Sequence record: OR258281.1
Strand: one strand, 5' to 3'
Length of the DNA: 64,000 bases
Part shown: one piece after another, positions 34,891 to 44,261 of the stretch
How the letters are laid out: each line of letters starts with the position of its first letter
How positions within the stretch are numbered: position 1 is the first letter of the stretch
The notes under the pieces: generated by a model
Told to the model about the DNA's origin: nothing
Databases searched by the model: none
The model's input: the letters and a program-made list of their open reading frames with translations, nothing else
Position numbers and translations under genes: made by a program

Positions 34891-36933
34891 CTATTTTGAA
34901 AGAGTTATTTTGTACAATTGACCATTAATGTAAATCGGTAATTGGTTATTAACAACGTCAACGGTACTTAAACCGATATATCCGTCAGAACCAACAACGA
35001 TACCATTTTTTCCAGCAGCAATACATAGTTGTGCTGGTGCTTGTACTAATCCACTAATCTTATTAAAATCGGCATCAGCGATATTAGTTCCTGCTGGAGT
35101 CCAGCGGAAACATACACCTGCGTTGTAACGATCTTTGGAAGTACTTTCAACGATTGAAATACAATTCATTACCCATGGTCCAAGCTTCACGTATACAGCA
35201 CAATCAGTTTTGTTATTGGAAGCAACGTACATTACATCCTGAACTGCGGTTGCACCTGAAGATTCCCAAGTTAATTGTACTCCTGAATTTTTCTTCTGAG
35301 CACGAATAATACTTTCGCCACCACCGAATCCTGCACCACCAACTTTGTGCTCAACACCAACACTACTGAAACCCAAAGTACCGATAATGCGAATATTAAC
35401 AGTATCACCATCATTAGGAACAAAGAGGTCACCCACTTTTACCCATCCTGCATTAGCTTGACTGTTTCTGAAACGGTTTTCTGAAGTTAAGAAACCATAA
35501 TTCATTGCACCAGTAGTTTTGATACCGAAGTTTTCAATCTCAGTATTACCATCTTCCCATATAGATAACCAACGAGTTTTGGTACTATCGGTAGTAGTAA
35601 TTGAAGAAGCACCTTGAAGGTTTTTCTGAGATAAAATATAACGACAGTAAGTTAAATTCAATGGTGTAGTACAGTCTTCCATACTTAATGCTTCAATTAC
35701 CCATTGACCATTAGATAGATCGCCAGGAGTTGTAGTCTTTTCAATCCAACCATTACGTAGAATAGATTGAGTACAACGTTGAATATCAAATACTGGAGTT
35801 GGGCCGGTACAACTTTGAATATTGAAGTTACTTAGTTCGATTGCAGTACTATGATCCCATGAACCAGTAGCAGAACCACTCCAAGTAGCTTTTACAATAC
35901 CACCAGTACAGTTACCAGCATAGAACTGGTCAATCTTGGTATCTAATGTATCTACTAATTGCAGTGCATAACCACCTAGACGTTGAAATAGCATATTCTG
36001 CACACGAACAAACTGACCTTCAATACAGGTATTTTGGAAGAACCCTTTGGTGTTAGCCTGCTTATCAATTTCGCCATTTACATAGAAGTTTGAAATTTCA
36101 GTCCAACGTGCTTTAACTTTTACCATTACGTCACTTCCGCGATCTGATACAAGGTAAGTAGCAGGGAAATAACCATAAGAAACCATCGCACCAACCATAC
36201 GGAAGTTAGCAACTTGGCTTGCTGAAAAATCAACAGAATTGATTTTAAAAGTACCAGCAGGGAATTGAATACCAATACGTGGATAGTACTTCTGACTCCA
36301 CTTGAACATTGCCATTACAGCAGCAGAACAATCAGTTTTGCCATCAGGAATTGCACCGAAGTGGGTTACGTTAACTAAGTTAGGATCGCTAACAATACGC
36401 TTCCATCGTGCACCTTTAGCAGTTACAATAACCATACCGCCATCATCAGCACTGGATTTATCAGTACTGTCATAAAAGAAGTCACCGCCACCGAAAGTAC
36501 TTGCGGTAGAACAACTTTTCACACTCGCTTTGGTTAAAGTAACAGAAGGTTCTGTTTTTCTAAGGTTAGAAAGCACATCAACTTGGAAAACGTTACCAGA
36601 AGTAACAACTGTAGTAGCTGCTGAACTCACCTTAGATTGAGCAGCAGTTAAAGCTTGATTAGCAATTGTATTAGCAGATTCAGCAAGTTTCTTTGCTTCT
36701 GCTGCAACGCTATTAGCTGAGGTAATTAAAGCTGCAAAATCAGCTTCAGTACCAGTATACCCTTTTTCTTTTGCAATATCATAAGCACTTTTACCAGCAG
36801 TGCTAGGCTGGACATAGTAACCATTATCCTTTTTCACAAGGGCGTTACCCGCATCCGGGCTTACGCTAATGTCAAAAGTCATCCCATCCAGATCAATTGT
36901 ACCATTGATCTTTGCATTCCCACTATAACTCAT
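34891..36933 (-). CDS. Tailspike/depolymerase, AmsF/WceF-like beta-helix protein 1
   Basis: VTHFGAIPDGKTDC, GIQFPAG, DTLDTKIDQFY, WDHSTAIELSNFN and NGWIE...PGDLSNGQW. Confidence 0.75.
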   Translation of the reverse strand: MSYSGNAKINGTIDLDGMTFDISVSPDAGNALVKKDNGYYVQPSTAGKSAYDIAKEKGYTGTEADFAALITSANSVAAEAKKLAESANTIANQALTAAQSKVSSAATTVVTSGNVFQVDVLSNLRKTEPSVTLTKASVKSCSTASTFGGGDFFYDSTDKSSADDGGMVIVTAKGARWKRIVSDPNLVNVTHFGAIPDGKTDCSAAVMAMFKWSQKYYPRIGIQFPAGTFKINSVDFSASQVANFRMVGAMVSYGYFPATYLVSDRGSDVMVKVKARWTEISNFYVNGEIDKQANTKGFFQNTCIEGQFVRVQNMLFQRLGGYALQLVDTLDTKIDQFYAGNCTGGIVKATWSGSATGSWDHSTAIELSNFNIQSCTGPTPVFDIQRCTQSILRNGWIEKTTTPGDLSNGQWVIEALSMEDCTTPLNLTYCRYILSQKNLQGASSITTTDSTKTRWLSIWEDGNTEIENFGIKTTGAMNYGFLTSENRFRNSQANAGWVKVGDLFVPNDGDTVNIRIIGTLGFSSVGVEHKVGGAGFGGGESIIRAQKKNSGVQLTWESSGATAVQDVMYVASNNKTDCAVYVKLGPWVMNCISIVESTSKDRYNAGVCFRWTPAGTNIADADFNKISGLVQAPAQLCIAAGKNGIVVGSDGYIGLSTVDVVNNQLPIYINGQLYKITLSK

Positions 36934-36987
36934 AATAGGCTCCTTTTAACTATATCCAGATTGTAATACAGGTTCTTCCTGCACAGC

Positions 36988-36994
36988 TATTTAG
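36988..36994 (-). promoter_or_regulatory. Late promoter motif CTAAATA
   Basis: TATTTAG on the + strand, upstream of tailspike 1. Confidence 0.55.
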
Positions 36995-37004
36995 TTGTAC
37001 TAAT

Positions 37005-37032
37005 AAAAAAGCCTCCATAAAGGAGGCTATTT
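37005..37032 (-). terminator. Rho-independent terminator
   Basis: A-run, gcctcc-ataaa-ggaggc. Confidence 0.75.
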
Positions 37033-37035
37033 TAA

Positions 37036-39543
37036 TTAACTAGTTGGACGCCAAGTACTATTAGATGGGTCCGACATTAAGTACCAAGTTGAACCATTAG
37101 AGAACAGTGGTTGCAATGGTTGTGCTAAAGTCGTATTTCTGCAAAGTACCATACCATATACGTTAGTACTAGGGGATGGTAAATCAGCATAAGCATATAC
37201 TGGAATACGAATTGATTGGTTAGTCGCCTGTAATGGAATATACTGGTCAACACCATAGAACGATACCTGTAAGTGTCTTGAAGCAGCATTATCTACATAA
37301 GTAGAGTTCAATACTACTTTACCAGAATCTAAGTCCATTCCAATACCAGGAGCATCATAATCTCCTGAGTTGATAGCCCAACGCTTAACAGCAGTTGCAA
37401 TATTACTTACAGCTAGTACTTCATCTTCTGTCATAATAATATTATCGGCTCTTAGCCAAAATGGGTTACCAGTTTGAAGACGAGATGTACCATTACATTC
37501 TAAGAACACTGCTGCTGATTTAGTGTAAGAACCCATTTTAACATATACAGTACAATAACCCCATGAGTGTAGATACTTAACTGCTTTAATAGGACATGAA
37601 CCTTCACCATACCAATGCATTTCGCCGGTAGTAGTATTTTGTGATGATGGAGATTTACTTTCAAAATAAATCGTAGCATTACCGCCGCCAAAGTTAGTAC
37701 CTGCTGGTCTGACTAATGCACTATTTGCACTATCCCAACCGTTAGTACCTAAAATATTCATTTTCCAAGTACTACCCTGACCTTGTGTGCAAATACGACC
37801 TACTTGTACCCACTGTTCAGCGTTAGAACTGTTAGTAAGAATTAGGTTAGAATATTGGAATTCGTTAGAAATACCACAATCAAATTTAGCACCAGCGGGT
37901 TTTATTTCAACAACACCTTGGTCATATCCATTTGTTACCCATGAAGGCATATTACCAGAACCACCATTGGCTAAATCCATATCCTGTGTATATCCAGAAA
38001 CAGTATTGTCTAGTCCTTTACCTTGTTCCCAACGACAGTTTATTTGTACTAATTTACTATATTGAATACCTGCTGGATTAGTAGCGTTTTCCATTGTAAT
38101 ATTATCAAGCGTCCAACCACCCTGAGAAATGTCAAATGGATATTCACAGTGGTCAAACCAACCATTATACATCATTGACTGACCAGCACGAATTGCACTT
38201 ACTGCATATTCATTTTTGTGGGAGTTAAAGTTGAAGTTACTAATTTCAATAGCAGTAGGGTGATCCCAAGAACCCGGAGATAAGTTAGACCAAGTTACCC
38301 ACAGGAATGCAGCATTACCGTTATAAGAATAGATTTGGTCAAACTTACAGTCCAATGTATCAATTAGCTGGAATGCACGACCGCCAATGTAATCAGTACG
38401 AATACTGTGTACACGTGCGAATGCACCGCGTGTAACTGTATTCTTAAAGAACGGCTGAACTGTACCAGTACCTAATAAACGTAAGTTTGATACTTCCATA
38501 CGACGAGCACAGAAGGTAAACATTGGAGTAGTTTGAGTCTTACTGAATGGTACTAAAGTAGCAGAAACTAAGTGACCATAAGCACGTTCTGGACCACGAA
38601 TTTTAAAACTTGAAATTTCGGCAGTACCCAAATCAACAACATCAACCGCAGTACTCCCAGCAGGAAGAATTACACCCGGTCCAAAGTTTCCACCAGTAGC
38701 TAATGACCATTTATGCATTTTGATAATGGCAGCAGCATCATCAGTTTTACCATCACACATTGCACCAAAGTGAGTAATATCTAAGTCATCAACTGCTGGG
38801 GTTGCACGTCTCCAACCACCTTTACTATCAACACGGAAGAACAAACCACCATCTTCAACGGTACTGGTATCAGCAACATAATAGAAATTACCACCACCAA
38901 TATTAGTACCAGCATTATAACCACGTACTGCTACAACTGGATTTGCTAAAGTTGGTTGCATTGTTTTAAGAGTAGCAATAGAATCAATACTATTAGCAAT
39001 AGTTAGATTGTAATAGTTTTGTGCGTTAGTTGCACTTGTTGCGGAGTTGGTTTCTGAAGTTTTAGCATTAGTAGCACTGGTAGCTGCTGCGGTAGCTGAA
39101 CTTGCAGAATTAGTTTCAGAGGTTTTAGCATTAGTCTCTGAAGTTTTGGAGTTAGTTTCAGAGGTTTTAGCATTTGAAGCGTAAGTACTTGCAGATGTTG
39201 CAGAACTTGCAGAATTAGTTTCTGAAGTTTTAGCATTATTCTCAGAGGTTTTAGCATTTGTTTCAGAAGCTTTCGCGTTTGCAGCACTAGTACCAGCAGC
39301 AGTTTCTTTTGCAATGTAATCAGACAAAGTACCCGGATAACCCTGTTCCTGTGCTAATTCATATGAACTTTTACCTGGAGCACCCGGTTGACTAGGAGCA
39401 ACATAATAACCATTATTAGTTTCAATTAACGCATTATCAGCTTGCGGATCTAATTCTATACTACCAACAATATTACCAGTTACACTGAAAGTACCGTTTA
39501 CATTCACATTACCTTGTACTTTTAAATCACTGTTTATATCCAT
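37036..39543 (-). CDS. Tailspike/depolymerase, AmsF/WceF-like beta-helix protein 2
   Basis: ITHFGAMCDGKTDD, DTLDCKFDQIY and WDHPTAIEISNFN; paralogous to tailspike 1, with an added coiled stalk. Confidence 0.75.
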   Translation of the reverse strand: MDINSDLKVQGNVNVNGTFSVTGNIVGSIELDPQADNALIETNNGYYVAPSQPGAPGKSSYELAQEQGYPGTLSDYIAKETAAGTSAANAKASETNAKTSENNAKTSETNSASSATSASTYASNAKTSETNSKTSETNAKTSETNSASSATAAATSATNAKTSETNSATSATNAQNYYNLTIANSIDSIATLKTMQPTLANPVVAVRGYNAGTNIGGGNFYYVADTSTVEDGGLFFRVDSKGGWRRATPAVDDLDITHFGAMCDGKTDDAAAIIKMHKWSLATGGNFGPGVILPAGSTAVDVVDLGTAEISSFKIRGPERAYGHLVSATLVPFSKTQTTPMFTFCARRMEVSNLRLLGTGTVQPFFKNTVTRGAFARVHSIRTDYIGGRAFQLIDTLDCKFDQIYSYNGNAAFLWVTWSNLSPGSWDHPTAIEISNFNFNSHKNEYAVSAIRAGQSMMYNGWFDHCEYPFDISQGGWTLDNITMENATNPAGIQYSKLVQINCRWEQGKGLDNTVSGYTQDMDLANGGSGNMPSWVTNGYDQGVVEIKPAGAKFDCGISNEFQYSNLILTNSSNAEQWVQVGRICTQGQGSTWKMNILGTNGWDSANSALVRPAGTNFGGGNATIYFESKSPSSQNTTTGEMHWYGEGSCPIKAVKYLHSWGYCTVYVKMGSYTKSAAVFLECNGTSRLQTGNPFWLRADNIIMTEDEVLAVSNIATAVKRWAINSGDYDAPGIGMDLDSGKVVLNSTYVDNAASRHLQVSFYGVDQYIPLQATNQSIRIPVYAYADLPSPSTNVYGMVLCRNTTLAQPLQPLFSNGSTWYLMSDPSNSTWRPTS
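39015..39290 (-). repeat. Heptad (21-bp) NAKTSET repeats, lambda Stf-like stalk
   Basis: NAKASETNAKTSENNAKTSETN... in the translation; recurring gaagttttagcatt on the + strand. Confidence 0.85.
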
Positions 39544-39580
39544 AAAATTAATTTCCCTTTAATTTGTATTGTTTTCCTGA

Positions 39581-39587
39581 TATTTAT
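39581..39587 (-). promoter_or_regulatory. Late promoter motif ATAAATA
   Basis: TATTTAT on the + strand, upstream of tailspike 2. Confidence 0.6.
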
Positions 39588-39611
39588 CATGTACTTGATA
39601 AAAATAAAAAG

Positions 39612-39640
39612 AAAAGCCGGGTATTATCCCGGCTTATTTT
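39612..39640 (-). terminator. Rho-independent terminator
   Basis: aaaagccggg-tattat-cccggctt. Confidence 0.8.
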
Positions 39641-39641
39641 A

Positions 39642-40277
39642 TTATAGTGCAATACCATCCCATGTTGCGGCGGTACGTGCTTCTTCATATGTAGTTGCAG
39701 CATCAATAGCAGCTTTAAGGCTCCATGATGTTTGGTACTGTGTATTAGTGAACGCGAATAAAGCCAAAGTAAAAGCTTTGAATTTATCAGCATCCATTGG
39801 AACATTAACATCATCCATAGTACGCCATACGAAATCGCTTGTAATAACGTCTATATCAGATAGAATGGCAACCTGAGCACCAATAATATTCATTACAGAA
39901 ATTTGGTCAGTTGCATAAATGTGACTGTCGTATGTAAATCCGCTGTTTAGTACTTCAGAACGTTTTGAATCTACACGATTTTTAAGGTCAGCTTTAATAT
40001 CATCCAATGGCATTAATTCATATGTATAGGTATTGGTTACTACTGCTGTTTCTTCATCGAAAGTAATAACTTTCTCTTTGAATAGCATATATTCACCTTG
40101 ACCTTCATATACATCTTCTTGAGTCCAGAAACCTTCAGCAATACGAGTAGCTAGATCCAATCTAGTGATATCACCATAGGTGATACCACTATTTCCGCGA
40201 ACGTTAACTGGATTAGTTATAACTCGTACAATACTAAAAGAACCATCATCATTTTTAATTACGTACAAATATAACAT
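39642..40277 (-). CDS. DUF4376-like tail fibre assembly protein
   Basis: C-terminal KRSEVLNSGFTYD...WRTMDDVNVPM...LKAAIDAATT...W pattern, directly after a fibre gene. Confidence 0.7.
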   Translation of the reverse strand: MLYLYVIKNDDGSFSIVRVITNPVNVRGNSGITYGDITRLDLATRIAEGFWTQEDVYEGQGEYMLFKEKVITFDEETAVVTNTYTYELMPLDDIKADLKNRVDSKRSEVLNSGFTYDSHIYATDQISVMNIIGAQVAILSDIDVITSDFVWRTMDDVNVPMDADKFKAFTLALFAFTNTQYQTSWSLKAAIDAATTYEEARTAATWDGIAL

Positions 40278-40291
40278 ATTTTATTTCCCTA

Positions 40292-43200
40292 TTATGGACG
40301 TTGTGCAATAAACACATCGTACTGAGTACCAACACCACTATATACAACCTGACAAATGCTCACTGAGTTCGCAGTAGTATTAACGGTGCCACCAATGATT
40401 GAATAGTTAGTAGCCCAAGTTACAGCATGACCACCAGTACTATCTTGAGTGATGTAGAAGAACCATGAACCACCGCTATTTGCAGGTACGTTTGCAATTG
40501 CCTGAATTGCTGTATCAGCAGCTACAGTAATTGGATAAATGTTACTTGTTCCATCTGGAGTCCAAGTAGAAGTACTTACTGTTTGTGCTGCATGTGGGCC
40601 AACATAGTAAGAGTTCGTTTTGAACGAAGAAGTAACAACGTTAGACAAGTTAGCAGTGAAAGTACCGTTAACTGTTAAGTCCTGAACTGTAGTTGCACCA
40701 GTTACACCTAAAGTACCACTTAGAGTACTGTTACCAGAAACACTCAGAGTGCTTGCGGTTAGTCCTGCTAGAGTAGTTGCACCAGTTACGCCTAAAGTAC
40801 CACCAAAAGTACTATTACCACTGAAAGTACCAGTAGTTGCACTTAAAGCTTTAAGAGTAGTTGCACCAGTTACACCTAAAGTACCACCAACTGTTGTGTT
40901 TCCTGAAATATTTGGAGCACCGGTAATAGTACCAGTTGAACCTAATACTAAAGCAGCACTTCCGCCAATAGTAATGTTTCCGGTTGTAGTGGTGAAACTC
41001 TTAGCACTAACATCAGAAGTACTCTGATCAAGTGTACCAATAATTTTACCGTGTACTGTAAAGTCACCGGATGTTACTGCGTTACCGTTGATTTGTAGGT
41101 TATTATTAGTACTTCCACTTGCACCTAGTACAGCACTTGCAGCAGTTAAGGTAGTGCTGGTTGTAATACCTTGTGCAGCAGTAATTGTTCCACTTGCAGA
41201 GATATTACGTGGTGAAATATCACGAGATGTTAGGTCAATTGACGAGTTGATAGTACCAGTACAAGTAATGTTACCCGTGAATAATGAATCACCAGTTACG
41301 TTAGTTACATAGTTAGCATTATGTGTTGCACCACCAACTAGAACCTCGGTACTTGCAATTGTCTTAACAGTAGTACTTGCACCATTTACAGTTAAATTAC
41401 CACTTAATGTAGTTGCACCAGTTACACCTAAAGTACCACCAACTGTTGTGTTGCCACTAAATCCGCCAGTAGTTGCACTTAATGCATTGACAGTAGTTGT
41501 AGTACCGTTAACGGTTAAGTTGCCAGTTAATGTACTGTTGCCTGTTACCCCTAAAGTGCCACCAACTGTTAGGTTTGTACCGATGGAACCAATACCTGAT
41601 GTTGTAACACTTGCAATTGATAAATCAGCAGAACCTAAGTTTAAACCACCGCTTGGCGTTAGGGTTCCAGTAACAGTTACGTTATTTGCAAAAGTAGTGT
41701 TGCCATTAATAGTTGGAACTGTTAATGAAGTTGCAGTTACACCAGCTAAGGTAGTTGCACCAGTTACTCCCAAAGTACCACCAATTGTGGTGTTCCCTGA
41801 AATAGCAGGAGAACCAGTAATAGTGCCAGTAGTTAGTTTTAGTGCACCACCTACAGTTGCATCACCAGAACTGTTGATTGAAGCTACTGATAGATTAGTT
41901 GCACTTAGATCAAATGAGCCATCAACTGTTAGATCGCCAACAACATGTGCGTTACCATTAGAAACTAAAGATTTTACAGTTACATCAGTGGTACTTAAAT
42001 CAAGAGAACCAGGAGTTACTTTACCAGAAACCGTTAAGTCGCCAGTAATAGACGTATTCTTAGCAATTGCTACAGTACTGTTTGTAGAAGTAATGTTGCC
42101 ATTAAAGGTTGCATCACCAGTACTAGTTAAAGTACTTACAGTAGTTCCACCAGCAGTTAAACCAGCAACAGTACTTGTACCATTTACGGTTAGATTTCCT
42201 GAAGAAGTAATGCTTGTAGCAGTCACAACACCTAGAGTACTTGTACCATTAGCAGTCAATTTAGTAGTACTTACTTCTACACTACTTAGCTTAGGAAGTA
42301 CTGAAGCGTTAGTTGTATCAGATACAGTAACAACACCAGAAGTACTAAGTGATTTTGCACTAATATCAGCAGCACTTAGGTCAAACGTTCCGTCAACAAT
42401 TAGATCGTTTCCAACATGAACATTTCCAGTAGTTGAAAGTGATTTTGACGCAATATCAGTACCACTTAGGTCAATACCACCTGCACTTAATGTTCCAGTA
42501 ACCGTTAGGTCATCTGCCATAGTTACTTCAGAGGTAAAGTTTACTGGACTTGAGCCATTACCAATACTTGGTGAACTAACTGAACTTGCACTTACTGAGT
42601 TGGCGGTAACTGCTCCAGTAGTGGTAACGCTTGCAGATTGTACTGCACCAGTACTGCTCAACGAGGCAACCTGTACAGTCCCTGCTGTTACGCCAGATAG
42701 GGTACTTGCACCAGTTACTTTTAGAGTACTTGCAACATCTACTGAATTCGGCTTAATATCAAGACCATCAACGTTTGCAGTTGCGGTAACACCAGTAGTA
42801 GTACCAGTAACAACTAAATCTTTAACAGTAACGGTTTGACCATTTACAGTTAAGTTACCACTTAATGTACTTGCACCAGTTACACCTAATGTACCTGCGA
42901 CACTGGCATTACCAGATGAATTTAATGAAGTAGCTGTTACAGTTCCAGCGTTAACGGTTGCTAAAGTACTTGTACCAGATGCGTTTAGAGTAGTAGTGGT
43001 CACTCCAGCAGTAGCTTTTAATGCTGATTTAAAGTTACCAGTAACTGACAGATCACCACCAACAGTACTGTCACCCGTAGTAACTACAGTCTTAGGTTTA
43101 ATATCTAGTCCATCAACGTTAGCAGCAACAGATACACCAGTAGTAGTACCAGTAACAACTAAGTTGTTAACTGTAGTAGTACCTGAAGAACCATTTAATG

Positions 43201-44146
43201 ATGCATCACCGGCAACAGTAATTTTACCACCTACGGTAGCATTACCTGTAGTACTTGAAGTTGCTGAACCAACATTTGTAGTAGCGGTTACTGAATTAAC
43301 ATTGATATCCTGACCAGAAAGATCAACACTAATACCGGTTACTGTACCAGTTACTTCTAGATCTTTTAATGTAGTTTTACCAGCAACAGTTAGTTGTGAT
43401 TTACTAGGAGATGCAGTACTGTTACCAGTAATGTTTAGGTAGTCAATCTCACCGATACCATCAACTTTAAGACCTGGATTTGTAAAGTTCACATCACCAA
43501 CAGTAATATAGTCAGAATCTACATTATTACTGTTAAGAACAGAAGTTGTCATTTGATATGGAGATACAGTACTCTTTAAGTCTGAAGGGCGAGTATTGTC
43601 GGTGTATGTAAACTGAACCTGTGAAGTCTGGTCAGATAGTGTTACACTTTTTAGAGTTGCTGGAGTTTGCAAACCTGTTAGTGAACCAGTACCAGTTAAT
43701 ACAGTATTACCCGAAATGGAGATATTTTTGGTACTTGTATTATTGGTAACCGTTACGTTGTTGAATTGTCCTTGATCCTGACTAAAAGTACCACCTAGTG
43801 TACCATTAATTACTACATCATTAAGAGTAGCAGTTCCTGTACTAGTAATATCACCAGTGATCACTTCACCATTAACTGTAACATTTCCACCAACTGAAAC
43901 ATCACCGGTAGTTTCCATTGTTGCAGTTTTAACATCTTTAACTGAAAGAACTGTGTTTGCACCAGTAAGTGAACCAGTGAGATTAAGATCCCCGTTTAAT
44001 GTAATTTTTGTAAAAGTCGCGTCCTTGAATGATACTGAACCATTAACCGTCATGTTACTAGCAATTACTGCACTGCCGCTTATAAGAAGGTCTTTGGAGA
44101 TAGTACCATTACCAGTTACGATTATATCTGTATTAATAGGATACAT
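40292..44146 (-). CDS. Long tail fibre-like protein (1284 aa, T/G/V/S-rich beta repeats)
   Basis: Recurrent VGGTLGVTGATTL and DLSxxDIxxKS units; C-terminal globular domain. Confidence 0.7.
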   Translation of the reverse strand: MYPINTDIIVTGNGTISKDLLISGSAVIASNMTVNGSVSFKDATFTKITLNGDLNLTGSLTGANTVLSVKDVKTATMETTGDVSVGGNVTVNGEVITGDITSTGTATLNDVVINGTLGGTFSQDQGQFNNVTVTNNTSTKNISISGNTVLTGTGSLTGLQTPATLKSVTLSDQTSQVQFTYTDNTRPSDLKSTVSPYQMTTSVLNSNNVDSDYITVGDVNFTNPGLKVDGIGEIDYLNITGNSTASPSKSQLTVAGKTTLKDLEVTGTVTGISVDLSGQDINVNSVTATTNVGSATSSTTGNATVGGKITVAGDASLNGSSGTTTVNNLVVTGTTTGVSVAANVDGLDIKPKTVVTTGDSTVGGDLSVTGNFKSALKATAGVTTTTLNASGTSTLATVNAGTVTATSLNSSGNASVAGTLGVTGASTLSGNLTVNGQTVTVKDLVVTGTTTGVTATANVDGLDIKPNSVDVASTLKVTGASTLSGVTAGTVQVASLSSTGAVQSASVTTTGAVTANSVSASSVSSPSIGNGSSPVNFTSEVTMADDLTVTGTLSAGGIDLSGTDIASKSLSTTGNVHVGNDLIVDGTFDLSAADISAKSLSTSGVVTVSDTTNASVLPKLSSVEVSTTKLTANGTSTLGVVTATSITSSGNLTVNGTSTVAGLTAGGTTVSTLTSTGDATFNGNITSTNSTVAIAKNTSITGDLTVSGKVTPGSLDLSTTDVTVKSLVSNGNAHVVGDLTVDGSFDLSATNLSVASINSSGDATVGGALKLTTGTITGSPAISGNTTIGGTLGVTGATTLAGVTATSLTVPTINGNTTFANNVTVTGTLTPSGGLNLGSADLSIASVTTSGIGSIGTNLTVGGTLGVTGNSTLTGNLTVNGTTTTVNALSATTGGFSGNTTVGGTLGVTGATTLSGNLTVNGASTTVKTIASTEVLVGGATHNANYVTNVTGDSLFTGNITCTGTINSSIDLTSRDISPRNISASGTITAAQGITTSTTLTAASAVLGASGSTNNNLQINGNAVTSGDFTVHGKIIGTLDQSTSDVSAKSFTTTTGNITIGGSAALVLGSTGTITGAPNISGNTTVGGTLGVTGATTLKALSATTGTFSGNSTFGGTLGVTGATTLAGLTASTLSVSGNSTLSGTLGVTGATTVQDLTVNGTFTANLSNVVTSSFKTNSYYVGPHAAQTVSTSTWTPDGTSNIYPITVAADTAIQAIANVPANSGGSWFFYITQDSTGGHAVTWATNYSIIGGTVNTTANSVSICQVVYSGVGTQYDVFIAQRP

Positions 44147-44186
44147 GTTCCCTCCGTTGGATTAATCGGAATAGCTTTATTTGATG

Positions 44187-44193
44187 TATTTAT
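44187..44193 (-). promoter_or_regulatory. Late promoter motif ATAAATA
   Basis: TATTTAT on the + strand, about 40 nt upstream of the start. Confidence 0.6.
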
Positions 44194-44226
44194 CCATAAA
44201 GTACCTAATATTATAAGGATAGAAAT

Positions 44227-44259
44227 AAAAAAGCCCTGAATATATTATTCAGGGCTTTT
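44227..44259 (-). terminator. Rho-independent terminator
   Basis: aaaaaagccctgaata-tat-tattcagggctttt. Confidence 0.85.
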
Positions 44260-44261
44260 CA

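Noticed and set aside
41448-42419. 323-aa + strand ORF (also 40749, 41088, 42600, 42996, 43857)
   Set aside because: Antisense shadows of the T/V/G-rich fibre gene; stop-poor because of its codon usage; no SD or motifs.
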